Below, piece after piece: positions 1-8,364 of a stretch of DNA of 64,000 bases. The DNA lies in contig JBAQUG010000312.1 in assembly GCA_049297395.1 (NCBI GenBank), positions 273 through 64,272 on the forward strand, given 5' to 3'. The stretch comes from Victivallales bacterium. GTDB lineage: Bacteria > Verrucomicrobiota > Lentisphaeria > Victivallales > GWF2-50-93. The stretch's first letter is position 1. Each line of letters begins with the position of its first letter. Made by a program: the position numbers and the translations under genes. Below the pieces are notes generated by a model. That model had not been told where the DNA came from and did no database searches. It was given only the letters and a program-made list of their open reading frames with translations.

Positions 1-137
1 GCACCCACAGAAGTTCCTGCCCTCACAAGCTGTCCTGCAACTGCTCTCCCTTTGATCGTGTTAGGCAGCTTTTCAATGAAATTCAGGACAGCGATGGCAA
101 ACTTCTTTGTCCTATCTCTTAGATTATCATGTGACAT
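1..137 (-). CDS. four-helix-bundle protein (23S rRNA intervening-sequence protein family, TIGR02436-like); only the N-terminal 45 codons are present, the gene runs off the left edge
   Basis: My own reverse-strand translation from ATG at 135-137 gives MSHDNLRDRTKKFAIAVLNFIEKLPNTIKGRAVAGQLVRAGTSVGA. The Q-L-x-R-(A/S)-x-T-S-(V/I)-G-A(N) stretch is the family hallmark. AAAGGAAAG lies just upstream. The gene is absent from the ORF track because it is truncated. Confidence 0.75.
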   Translation of the reverse strand, partial: MSHDNLRDRTKKFAIAVLNFIEKLPNTIKGRAVAGQLVRAGTSVG

Positions 138-271
138 ATTGGCTTTCCTTTCACCATTCCATATTTGATTTCAGCCCGGCGTTCGAAATTATTTATTAGT
201 CATTAGCCGTTCAACACTTTTAAATCTTCATTATTTTCTTTCTTTTCTAAAATTCTTTACTCTACCTTCGA

Positions 272-380
272 CATTCGCCATTCAACACTCTCCACTCTTC
301 ACTCTCCACTCTTCACTCGCCACTCTCCACTCTCCACTCTCCACTCTCCACTCGCCACTTCCTTCCACTTCCACTTCCCC
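272..380 (+). repeat. tandem heptanucleotide array: 13 units, consensus CACTCTC (272-362), followed by a CACTTC-type hexamer tail (363-380)
   Basis: Read directly: CATTCGC CATTCAA CACTCTC CACTCTT CACTCTC CACTCTT CACTCGC CACTCTC x4 CACTCGC CACTTCC, then TTCCACTTCCACTTCCCC. It starts 2 nt below the permease stop codon (382-384) and lies about 135 nt upstream of the four-helix-bundle start. Confidence 0.9.
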
Positions 381-381
381 A

Positions 382-3066
382 TCAGCTCCAGTCTGCTTTT
401 TTGAATTCGACTTTCCGGAGGATGCGTATCTGCATGTATGTGAATCCTATCAGGATGGCGCCGAGCATCCATGCCATTGACGTGGCCGTGCTGAATCTGA
501 GGTTCGCGTATGCTTCCTGCCATATCCGCAGGCCCGCAACGGTGGTCGCTTCTCCGGGACCGCCGAAAGTCAGGAGGAATATGTTCCCCATGTTCTGGAA
601 TGTCCCGATGAATGCGCCGACAAAATTGATGACTATCAGGGGCAGCAGCGTAGGATATGTGATATACCGGATCTTGTGAAAGACGTTTGCGCCGTCGATG
701 TCGGCCGCCTCATACAGCTCCGTGGGTATGGAATGCAGGGCGGCCAGATAAATCAGGCTGGCCATGCCCATCGTGGCCCATACTGTCGGAATGACGCAGC
801 ACAGCATCGCCATCTTTGGATTTTCAAGCCATGTCTGGGGCTGGATGTCAACCAGGGGCAGTTTGTTCAGGACGGAAATGACCTGGTTGAGGAATCCCGT
901 CGGAGTCGGGTCGTACATCAGCTTCCACATGAGGGCAATCACTATTCCGCTTGACACCTGCGGAAGGAAGAAGAGGGTCCGGTAGAAAATCTTTCCGCGG
1001 GGAACCTCTGACAGGAGCAGGGCCAGGAAAATTGGGAAAAGGAAAGCCAGGGCCATGTTCAGGAATACAAAATAAACTGTCCTTCCCAGGCTTTCCCACC
1101 AGCTCCTGTCCAGGGCCAGTGTGATGAAATTGTCCAGACCCACCCACCGGCTCTCTCCCGCGATATGATAGTCCTGGAACGCCATCACCATGCCGCGCAG
1201 GAGCGGGTAGTAGCTCCACAATGCGATGAGCAGAAGGGCCGGACCCAGGAGGATCCAGGGCAGATATCCGCTGTACACCTGCCGCGTCGTCTCCGTCTTT
1301 TTCTCCCAGAACGAGCGTATGATGAAAAAGGTGAAGGTGGCGATCACACACACCATGAGGGTGAAAAATATCCTCGCATAGGGACGGTACTTGTCGAGTT
1401 CCGCCGTAGTCCTTCCAAACATGAGCCCGCTGTTGGCGTTCTGCTCGACTCGGCGGAGCGCGTCAATGTAGCCGAAGCCTTCCCCGTTTTCGGATAGGAT
1501 CAGGCTCAGCACCTGCTGGTTCAATGCTGTGTCGGATGTCCACCAGAATCCCATGAACGGTTCCGTAAATATGCCGATTCTGCCATCCTCCATTTCCCTG
1601 AATTTGCTCCGGATTGTCGCCGGCACGTCCTTCAGGTAGTCGGTGAATCCGAGTCTCTGGAGATCGGACGGACTTACAAATTTCGCCAGACCGCTGAGAA
1701 TCCGTTCCTGGATGAATGCGTCCTGGATGCGCCGGTCGGTGATGGACGTGAGAATCCTCCAGATCTTGTCCCGGTCCTCCTTCGGACGGGATAAGAGGGA
1801 CTCGCACAGGGTCGCGTAATGGTTCTGTTTCTGGACGACGCGCCTGCCGCCCGGGCCGGGACCGGCGGGAAAAGGGAACCAGCTCAGGAGATCCGGATTT
1901 ATATTCGCGCTGCCCGCAAAGCTGTTGAGATCATTGACGAACCAGGAGACCATCGCCACCTCCCCGCGCGAGAGCATGTCCCACGGACTGGCATCCCGCT
2001 GGCCCATGGCCCCTCTTGCGACACCGTGGATAATGTCCTTTTCCGTGAAATCAATCCTGCGCTTGTCCACCTCGACGTATCCATTCCCAATATCCTTTTC
2101 CGAGATATTGACCGGTTCCTTCGTCTGCGGATCGCGAATCCACTTCATCCATCTGAGATTATGGTATAGCTCCGTGGCGGCACAGGCGGCCTCAGAACTG
2201 AAATCCACCTTCCATTGCGGTTCCGCCGTGGAAAGATTGATCCCGTCGGACGTAATAAACTCCGAGGCCTCCATCGGGAAAATATATTCCTTGCCTGTCG
2301 CAGGATCTTTTCTGGCCTGCACGACCGGACTTCCTCCAGCCGACTGGACCCAGGGAAGCCATGTAAAGCCATATGGAAGAAGCACGATGCCCCGCTGTCC
2401 GCGCTGGTACGATGATCCCGGGATCTGCTTGCCGGGATCTGTCAGGCGCTGGCACCAGTAGGTCAGCTCGCTCCAGGTCTTCGGCGGATTTTCCGGATCC
2501 AGTCCCGCCGCCTGGACCATGTCCGTCCTGAAGACGACGCCCATATAGGCGACGGACGCCTGGGGCAGGCCATACACTTTCCCGTCAACCGTGGCTACCG
2601 TCCTCCATAGTTTTGGAATGGACTTCCATCCCTCCCATTTCGCCTCATCATCATCAATCTGGCCGTTTCCATTTTTGTCATCGCCTATCCATTCGTTGAG
2701 AGGATAGAGGAAGCCCTGCTTGATATCGTTCCTGATGACATGGAAGTGCGACATCATCACATCCGGGGCGGTACGTCCGGCAATGGCCATGATTACTGAT
2801 GCCTTGCCTGCGCCGCCGGGAAGCTCTATTCCACCCCACATGGATACTTCCAGGGAATTATCCTTTTTTATAAGTTCCCGGATTCGGCGTGTCGTTGGAG
2901 CATCGGGATAGTTTGGATTGTACAGCTGGGGATGGATGCTGATCTGCGTCTTGGCGGCGGCATCGGGAATTTTCGTGGAAGGCTCATCAGCACAGAGCGT
3001 TTCCGCCCGGAATAAAGCCATGAGCAGCAATAAGGCAGCGCTGGAATATAAATGTAACACAGGCAT
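382..3066 (-). CDS. ABC carbohydrate transporter: family-1 solute-binding protein fused to a MalF-type permease
   Basis: The ORF is 382..3165. I start it at ATG 3066 because MPVLHLYSSAALLLLMALFRAETLCA looks like a signal peptide and the longer form would overlap the GH35 gene. Residues about 30-560 are SBP-like (VYGLPQASVAYMGVVFRTDM, PKTWSELTYW). They are followed by an extra TM helix (IFFTLMVCVIATFTFFII) and a six-TM core with the EAA loop (LYEAADIDGANVFHKIRYITYPTLLPL). Confidence 0.8.
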   Translation of the reverse strand: MPVLHLYSSAALLLLMALFRAETLCADEPSTKIPDAAAKTQISIHPQLYNPNYPDAPTTRRIRELIKKDNSLEVSMWGGIELPGGAGKASVIMAIAGRTAPDVMMSHFHVIRNDIKQGFLYPLNEWIGDDKNGNGQIDDDEAKWEGWKSIPKLWRTVATVDGKVYGLPQASVAYMGVVFRTDMVQAAGLDPENPPKTWSELTYWCQRLTDPGKQIPGSSYQRGQRGIVLLPYGFTWLPWVQSAGGSPVVQARKDPATGKEYIFPMEASEFITSDGINLSTAEPQWKVDFSSEAACAATELYHNLRWMKWIRDPQTKEPVNISEKDIGNGYVEVDKRRIDFTEKDIIHGVARGAMGQRDASPWDMLSRGEVAMVSWFVNDLNSFAGSANINPDLLSWFPFPAGPGPGGRRVVQKQNHYATLCESLLSRPKEDRDKIWRILTSITDRRIQDAFIQERILSGLAKFVSPSDLQRLGFTDYLKDVPATIRSKFREMEDGRIGIFTEPFMGFWWTSDTALNQQVLSLILSENGEGFGYIDALRRVEQNANSGLMFGRTTAELDKYRPYARIFFTLMVCVIATFTFFIIRSFWEKKTETTRQVYSGYLPWILLGPALLLIALWSYYPLLRGMVMAFQDYHIAGESRWVGLDNFITLALDRSWWESLGRTVYFVFLNMALAFLFPIFLALLLSEVPRGKIFYRTLFFLPQVSSGIVIALMWKLMYDPTPTGFLNQVISVLNKLPLVDIQPQTWLENPKMAMLCCVIPTVWATMGMASLIYLAALHSIPTELYEAADIDGANVFHKIRYITYPTLLPLIVINFVGAFIGTFQNMGNIFLLTFGGPGEATTVAGLRIWQEAYANLRFSTATSMAWMLGAILIGFTYMQIRILRKVEFKKADWS

Positions 3067-3140
3067 CTTGCCTGTGGGCTTAAAATACAATTTCCTATAC
3101 GATCCAGCTATCCTGGTACCTGATGATTTTATATTCACGC

Positions 3141-5447
3141 TCAACCCTTCTTTTGCACAATGCATTTGTATTCCGGCACAACTGCGATGGACTGGAAAAC
3201 TGCCGCGCCGCCGGAATCATTGTCAACTTTTATTGCCGCCATTTCAGTGAAGCTCACCTTGGACTTCTCCTTGGCTGTAAGCTTCAGGAGAATCCCTTTT
3301 TCAAGTATCCGTGGGAGAAAGCGCCTGAGCCCGATTTCCCATGCAGTTCCATTCCAGAAATTATCATGGACAAACTGTCCGTCGATAAAGGCGGAGCCAG
3401 TATCCCCGACATAGTCCACACGCAGGAAAATATCGTTGACGCCGTCAAACGACCCAGGAGAAAATTGAATAAATGCCTTGTCTCCCGATATCCGCTCAAC
3501 CTGCGGATCAACCTGTTTCGGCCTGCAGCACATGGTAAAACACGCAAATATTCCATCTTTCAACATAGGAAGGGATTGTCCTCCGACTGCAAGAGCTGTC
3601 TCATCCACGGGATGAACCGATAGGCACATGTTTTCATCACCTGTTCTCTTCAAATTAATTTCATCACCGTTGAAAATCAAATCCGAATCCGAAATAAATA
3701 CACGATCACGTCCCCATATCTTCGCCTTCCAGAATCTCAACGACTGCTCATTTGTCAGTGTAATGATCCGAACCCTGCAGCCGTTCACACCGACAATGTC
3801 GACAACACTGCCTGTTCCAGGCACCACGTCGACAAATGTCACTTCCTTATCCCTGCGGACAGTGCCGCCTTCGGCCTTGATCTGTGAAATGTCTGGAGAT
3901 GCAATGGCGTGCTCCGGATGAATTCCGTCATGGGCGAAGAAGAAGTATTCGGCAACGCCGTCGACTTCAAGCCGTGTCAGCAGCTGGCATGTGGAATATT
4001 TCATGCAGATCCCGTCGAGCGACAGGTTGAACGGCAATATCGCGCTGCTGTTTTTTGAAACCGTGAATCCGTCGCCGCCGGCGGGAATGACAACGGTCTC
4101 GTCATCCAGTTCAAGGCGGATGCGCTGATTGAAAAGATCCTTCATCTCCACGTGGTCCTGATAGTTGTTCAGGAAGACAAAACCGCTTTTATCCCTGATG
4201 CGTACCGCGAAACGGAGTGTGTCCGTACTGCCAGGAGAGAGGCTGGAGGCGTTCTCCGGCAGGAATGTGCCCATCGGCGCCAGACTCCCTCCGAACTCCT
4301 GGAGGAACAGGAAATGGCGCTTCAATCTCCGGTACGATTCGGAAACCTGTCCGAATTCCCGCAGAGGCGCCTGGAAATCATAGGAAATCCTCGGGCACTT
4401 GTATTCATTCAGATAAGAATGTTTTCCAACCGGATTTGAGCCGCCGTGGTACATGTAGAATCCCATTACATTGGCTCCGGAACCCATCTGGATGACGGAT
4501 ACCGCCTCGACGGTTTCAGGCGGCACTATTGGCCGGTTCCTGTAGAAGACCTGCATGCCTCCGCCCGTCTCGCAGCCCGCGTACGGGACTTTGCTTCCGT
4601 CGTATGGACGGTTCCCCTTCTGGTGAAGATTTGAAAAGAGGTAGTTTCCGGTGGGCTTCTGCGCCGTCGGGTCGTCCTCCCAGGCATAGAACGCATATCC
4701 GCCGCCGATGACAGGAAGAAGTTCGCCCTCCGGCACAGGAGATCCCCATGCAGTACAGGAATAGACAGGCACATCAATTCCGGCCTCGACCGCCATGCGT
4801 TTAAGGATGCGCATATGTTCTTCGCCTCCGGAACCGCGCGGGACATATTCCATGGCCGTATTGTGTGTCGTCTCCCATGGCGCGCCGCTCTGCATGAACT
4901 CGTTCTCAAGCTGAACCCCGATGATTGGCCCACCGTCCTTGAAAAACAGGCCTTTTATCTGTCCGGCATACTCCTGATACAGACTGCGGACACGGGCGAG
5001 ATATCTTTCATCGTTGGACCGGACTTCGAACGGCTGTCCGTAAAGCCAGTCGGGCATTCCACCGTTGCGCACCTCTCCATGGCAGAACGGCCCTATGCGG
5101 AGCCATGCGAGCAGATCGTGTTTTTTGCACAGTCCGATGAAGGCGCGGAGGTTGCGGCTTCCGCTGAAGTCAAATATTCCTGACTCCTCCTCGTGATGGT
5201 TCCAGATGGCGTAGGTTGCTACAACCTGGACGCCCCCGGCCTTCATTTTGAGGATCTCCTCCTCCCAGAACAGGAATGGGAAACGGGAGTAGTGGAACTC
5301 GCCCATCACCGGCAGCCAGGGCTTCCCGTTCCACTCCATATAGTAATTTGTAAAGGAGATTTTGTCGCCTCCGGGATTGCTCCCTCCCATGTCCAGGATG
5401 CCGGGCAAAATCTGTTTTGACGTGTTCTTGAGATTTATTTCATTCAT
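3141..5447 (-). CDS. GH35-family beta-galactosidase, apparently cytoplasmic
   Basis: The N-terminus follows the GH35 TIM-barrel pattern: GKPWLPVMGEFHYSRFP, EILKMKAGGVQVVATYAIWNHHEEESGIFDFSG, LRIGPFCHGEVRNGGMPDWL. The acid/base region is GPIIGVQLENEF. No signal peptide is visible. An ATGA start/stop overlap with the upstream gene lies at 5444-5447. Confidence 0.85.
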   Translation of the reverse strand: MNEINLKNTSKQILPGILDMGGSNPGGDKISFTNYYMEWNGKPWLPVMGEFHYSRFPFLFWEEEILKMKAGGVQVVATYAIWNHHEEESGIFDFSGSRNLRAFIGLCKKHDLLAWLRIGPFCHGEVRNGGMPDWLYGQPFEVRSNDERYLARVRSLYQEYAGQIKGLFFKDGGPIIGVQLENEFMQSGAPWETTHNTAMEYVPRGSGGEEHMRILKRMAVEAGIDVPVYSCTAWGSPVPEGELLPVIGGGYAFYAWEDDPTAQKPTGNYLFSNLHQKGNRPYDGSKVPYAGCETGGGMQVFYRNRPIVPPETVEAVSVIQMGSGANVMGFYMYHGGSNPVGKHSYLNEYKCPRISYDFQAPLREFGQVSESYRRLKRHFLFLQEFGGSLAPMGTFLPENASSLSPGSTDTLRFAVRIRDKSGFVFLNNYQDHVEMKDLFNQRIRLELDDETVVIPAGGDGFTVSKNSSAILPFNLSLDGICMKYSTCQLLTRLEVDGVAEYFFFAHDGIHPEHAIASPDISQIKAEGGTVRRDKEVTFVDVVPGTGSVVDIVGVNGCRVRIITLTNEQSLRFWKAKIWGRDRVFISDSDLIFNGDEINLKRTGDENMCLSVHPVDETALAVGGQSLPMLKDGIFACFTMCCRPKQVDPQVERISGDKAFIQFSPGSFDGVNDIFLRVDYVGDTGSAFIDGQFVHDNFWNGTAWEIGLRRFLPRILEKGILLKLTAKEKSKVSFTEMAAIKVDNDSGGAAVFQSIAVVPEYKCIVQKKG

Positions 5448-6520
5448 TTGACTCCAAACATGTTTCTTAAAGTTTCAATGTAATAGCGGATGTTTTCAAA
5501 CGGGATGTCTGGCGGGGCGCCATGGTCAAGTCCGGGGACGTATCCTCCGTCTTCGATGACCGGACGTATGCGTTCCAGTTCCCTTTTGATGTCTTCCTTG
5601 TGCGGCGAAGCCATGATGCGCTTGTCAAACCCGCCGCACATTCTCAGCTCCCGGCCAAACTCCTTGCGCAGCGCCACCACGTCCATTCCCGCCGCAACCT
5701 CCATCGGCATCAGGATATTTATCCCCAGATCAAGCCACAATGGAATCAGTTCCCAGATATTGCCGTCGGAGTCCAGCCACTGCAGGTCGATGCCGTATTT
5801 CTTCCTGATTTTCTGTATCCGCGCATAATACGGACTCATGAACTCCCTGAACATGGCCGGAGAAATCAGGGAACCGGTCTTATAGGCCATATCCTCGTGA
5901 TAGCCGATCGTGTCCAGCTGGAATTCCGGCAGGACCAGGTTCAAGCCCTTCTCGCAGCAGCGGCACTGCAAATCATTGACTTCATGTATGAGATCGGGCG
6001 TATCCAAATAGCCCAGCAGCAGCTGTTCGGTGCCCATGTGTTCGTTAAGGAATCCGAAGTACATTCCGCCGTTCAGGAAGGTGCATCCTTCTTTTTTCGC
6101 CTCCTGGGCCTTTTCAAGCCAGCCGGGTGCGAGTCTGCCCGGGTTGTCGGGATCAAGTTTTTCCCGCAGCCACTGAAGGGATTCCATCCCCTTTATCGGA
6201 TATTCCAGAAACTCAGGCATGGAATCCTCGTCCAGAAAATTCTTCACCCTGGCTCCGTTGTGGTTGATCTTGACCACATAGTCCTCCGTCCTCTCAAGGA
6301 TCTTCTCCTCGAAAGGAGGATGCAGGACGGTTTCAAAAGCGACTTGCTTGAAATGACTGGAAGGCGGCAGGTCAAAGTATTCATACAGATCCGCCCCTTT
6401 GGGCAATCCCTCCCTTTCCCATCTTTTCCGCGTACTCGCCCACGGACCCGGCACGTCTATCGGCGGATGATCCACCTCCTGATAACGCATCGTCCTTAAA
6501 AACCTATCGCGATTGTTCAT
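5444..6520 (-). CDS. uroporphyrinogen-decarboxylase (URO-D / MtaA-CmuA, PF01208-like) family protein
   Basis: 358-aa ORF. MNNRDRFLRTMRYQEVDHPPID and LDSDGNIWELIPLWLDLGINILMPMEVAAGMDVVALRKEFGRELRMCGGFDKR fit the URO-D-like fold family. ATGA overlaps occur at both ends (5444-5447 and 6517-6520). Confidence 0.7.
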   Translation of the reverse strand: MNNRDRFLRTMRYQEVDHPPIDVPGPWASTRKRWEREGLPKGADLYEYFDLPPSSHFKQVAFETVLHPPFEEKILERTEDYVVKINHNGARVKNFLDEDSMPEFLEYPIKGMESLQWLREKLDPDNPGRLAPGWLEKAQEAKKEGCTFLNGGMYFGFLNEHMGTEQLLLGYLDTPDLIHEVNDLQCRCCEKGLNLVLPEFQLDTIGYHEDMAYKTGSLISPAMFREFMSPYYARIQKIRKKYGIDLQWLDSDGNIWELIPLWLDLGINILMPMEVAAGMDVVALRKEFGRELRMCGGFDKRIMASPHKEDIKRELERIRPVIEDGGYVPGLDHGAPPDIPFENIRYYIETLRNMFGVK

Positions 6521-8283
6521 CTTATATCTCCTGTCCAGCGCTCCACGAAAAGCCGCACATGGCGGTCAAACAGCGCAATTTCCGATTGTGTGAAACGACG
6601 GCTCCCCCATCCAAGGACTCCTCCAGTCTCAATAGGCTGTCCCGTACGCATGGCTTCGTCAAGTACCGCATCGGTGTCAATCCCATCGCAGTCGACGGTG
6701 GTATTGACCGGGTTATGCGGCTGGAAAGCGGCCACCATCCTGGCTCTTTCAAACATGATCCGGTAATCGCTCGATCCGTTGTCGTAGCAGCGCGTAAATG
6801 CATTGAGCTGTTCAAAATGCGGATGCGCAGTGCATCCCTGGTGCGTCCAGGCCGGCTTGTATTTTCGCCCTTCGTCGCGCATGGCTCTGAGCGTGTTGAA
6901 GATGAAACGCTCCTCGCCGCGCCATTCGGGGTTGTGGACCGGCATGTCGGGATGTATCTTGTCGGCCATGAAGTCCGTCTTGACCCCGTCCGCGTTATAG
7001 CATCCCGGTTCATCGCTGAAGAGCAGGCGCGCCAGCGGTTTCAGATATGATTCCTGGACGTGCGGATTGGAATAGTCGAGGAGGGGCATGCCGTGCCGGC
7101 CCAGTTTTCCGCCGCCGCAGAGAAGATCCCTGCGCTCCCTGATCCTGGCATTTGGGAGTATGTCGAAGGGAGCCCACCAGAGGATGACCTTCAGGCCCAT
7201 GGCATGGAGAGCGTCAATTCTTGATCTGGCCCCAGCCATCCTGACAGGATCCATTTCCCAGTCACCGCGCGTAATCTGCCATCCGTCATCGATGCAGAAA
7301 GTCCCCCACGGCGTTCCGGCCTGTCTGAGAAACTCAATCTCGGCGTCCAATAGTTTGGAACAAAGCGCCTCGTTGGCCTTCAATAATTTTTTGCCGCTCT
7401 CATGATATTGCACGTTTTGTCCGGACTGCTGGTCGAACCAGGTGCATGTGAATGGCATATGCCAGGATCTGTCGTCCGGAAGCTCGTCCCTGGCCGGAAT
7501 AAATCTCCGGCTTTCGAGAATGTCATGGTAGAGCCTTGCGGTATGGTAAACGTCCTCCGAGTGGTCCAAGGCGAAGATAAAGGCCGGGCTTGAAACTTCG
7601 TCTCCGGCTTTCACCTCCATGCCGTGCGTTTCTCCGCCAAGATCGATGGACCAGCGCCCGATCTCATATTGGAAGCAGTCGAAATAGATGCCGAATCCGC
7701 TCTTCGGCAGATCGAGACATCCAGCGATGAGGTTGCAACGTGGCGCCTGGAATATCATGAGGGAGGGATGAGGGGCGAACTGCCAGTCCTGGCTGTATGT
7801 ATTCTCAGATATGGTACTTGTACCTTTATACGAATATCCCGTGCTTTGAATATTGATATTTCCCGGCGCGCCGAAATATCCGTCGTCATAGCCTCTCAAG
7901 CTGATTTGCCTGTAGGGGTGAAGATGGTGATGGCGGTTCCGGAAGCTGGCCAGGTAGTTCCAGCTGATCCTGCTTCCCTTGGGCGCAATGGTCCATTCGG
8001 ACAGGCGGTGCGGTTTTGCAGCCCTGTATGATGTCCGCAAGACGACATGCCCCATCCTACGCTCTATTTTCATCTCTCCCCCGGCAATTGCCTCCGACGG
8101 GATCAGGGGTATGACCGTTGTCCCGTCTCCAATATCCTTTGCCAGGCGGAGATTGGCCAGGACCAGCTCCGATCCGGAGACGGCGGGCAGAAGCGCGCCC
8201 CCTCTGAATGTTATTTGCGGCGGACCTTCCCTGTGGAAGATGATGATTTCATTCGAGTCGCAGTCAATCCTATGAGACAACAT
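6517..8283 (-). CDS. clan GH-D alpha-galactosidase-like glycoside hydrolase (GH36/GH27/GH31 type), cytoplasmic
   Basis: 588-aa ORF with no signal peptide. FCIDDGWQITRGDWEMD, GLKVILWWAPF and ADGVKTDFM resemble the DDGW and K-x-D signatures of this clan. AAGGA lies 9 nt upstream of ATG 8283. I cannot resolve the exact family by eye. Confidence 0.55.
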   Translation of the reverse strand: MLSHRIDCDSNEIIIFHREGPPQITFRGGALLPAVSGSELVLANLRLAKDIGDGTTVIPLIPSEAIAGGEMKIERRMGHVVLRTSYRAAKPHRLSEWTIAPKGSRISWNYLASFRNRHHHLHPYRQISLRGYDDGYFGAPGNINIQSTGYSYKGTSTISENTYSQDWQFAPHPSLMIFQAPRCNLIAGCLDLPKSGFGIYFDCFQYEIGRWSIDLGGETHGMEVKAGDEVSSPAFIFALDHSEDVYHTARLYHDILESRRFIPARDELPDDRSWHMPFTCTWFDQQSGQNVQYHESGKKLLKANEALCSKLLDAEIEFLRQAGTPWGTFCIDDGWQITRGDWEMDPVRMAGARSRIDALHAMGLKVILWWAPFDILPNARIRERRDLLCGGGKLGRHGMPLLDYSNPHVQESYLKPLARLLFSDEPGCYNADGVKTDFMADKIHPDMPVHNPEWRGEERFIFNTLRAMRDEGRKYKPAWTHQGCTAHPHFEQLNAFTRCYDNGSSDYRIMFERARMVAAFQPHNPVNTTVDCDGIDTDAVLDEAMRTGQPIETGGVLGWGSRRFTQSEIALFDRHVRLFVERWTGDIR

Positions 8284-8364
8284 GCCAGCTATCCTTTTTT
8301 GATTTGAGTTTATACTCGATTCTCCATCCTAAATTATTCATAAGAAATCCTATGTTTTACGAAT

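Noticed and set aside
272-380. A possible CRISPR array, suggested by the regular short repeats here and in the pilin leaders
   Set aside because: The units are 6-8 nt and directly abut each other with no spacers. No cas genes are present. These are microsatellite-like tandem repeats, not CRISPRs.
299-523. 74-aa minus-strand ORF ending in SGEWRVESGEWRVKSGE
   Set aside because: The repetitive peptide is simply the heptad array read through. The ORF overlaps the permease C-terminus in another frame.
3067-3165. N-terminal extensions in the ORF track: permease 3067-3165, D1 12490-12558, D2 18275-18316, pilins 42235-42267 and 47521-47598, multi-CBM 46706-46744, R2 55516-55521
   Set aside because: The extended starts are TTG or GTG, or overlap the upstream gene. 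They precede a better SD+ATG that yields a proper signal peptide or aligns with a paralogue N-terminus. The choices remain provisional.
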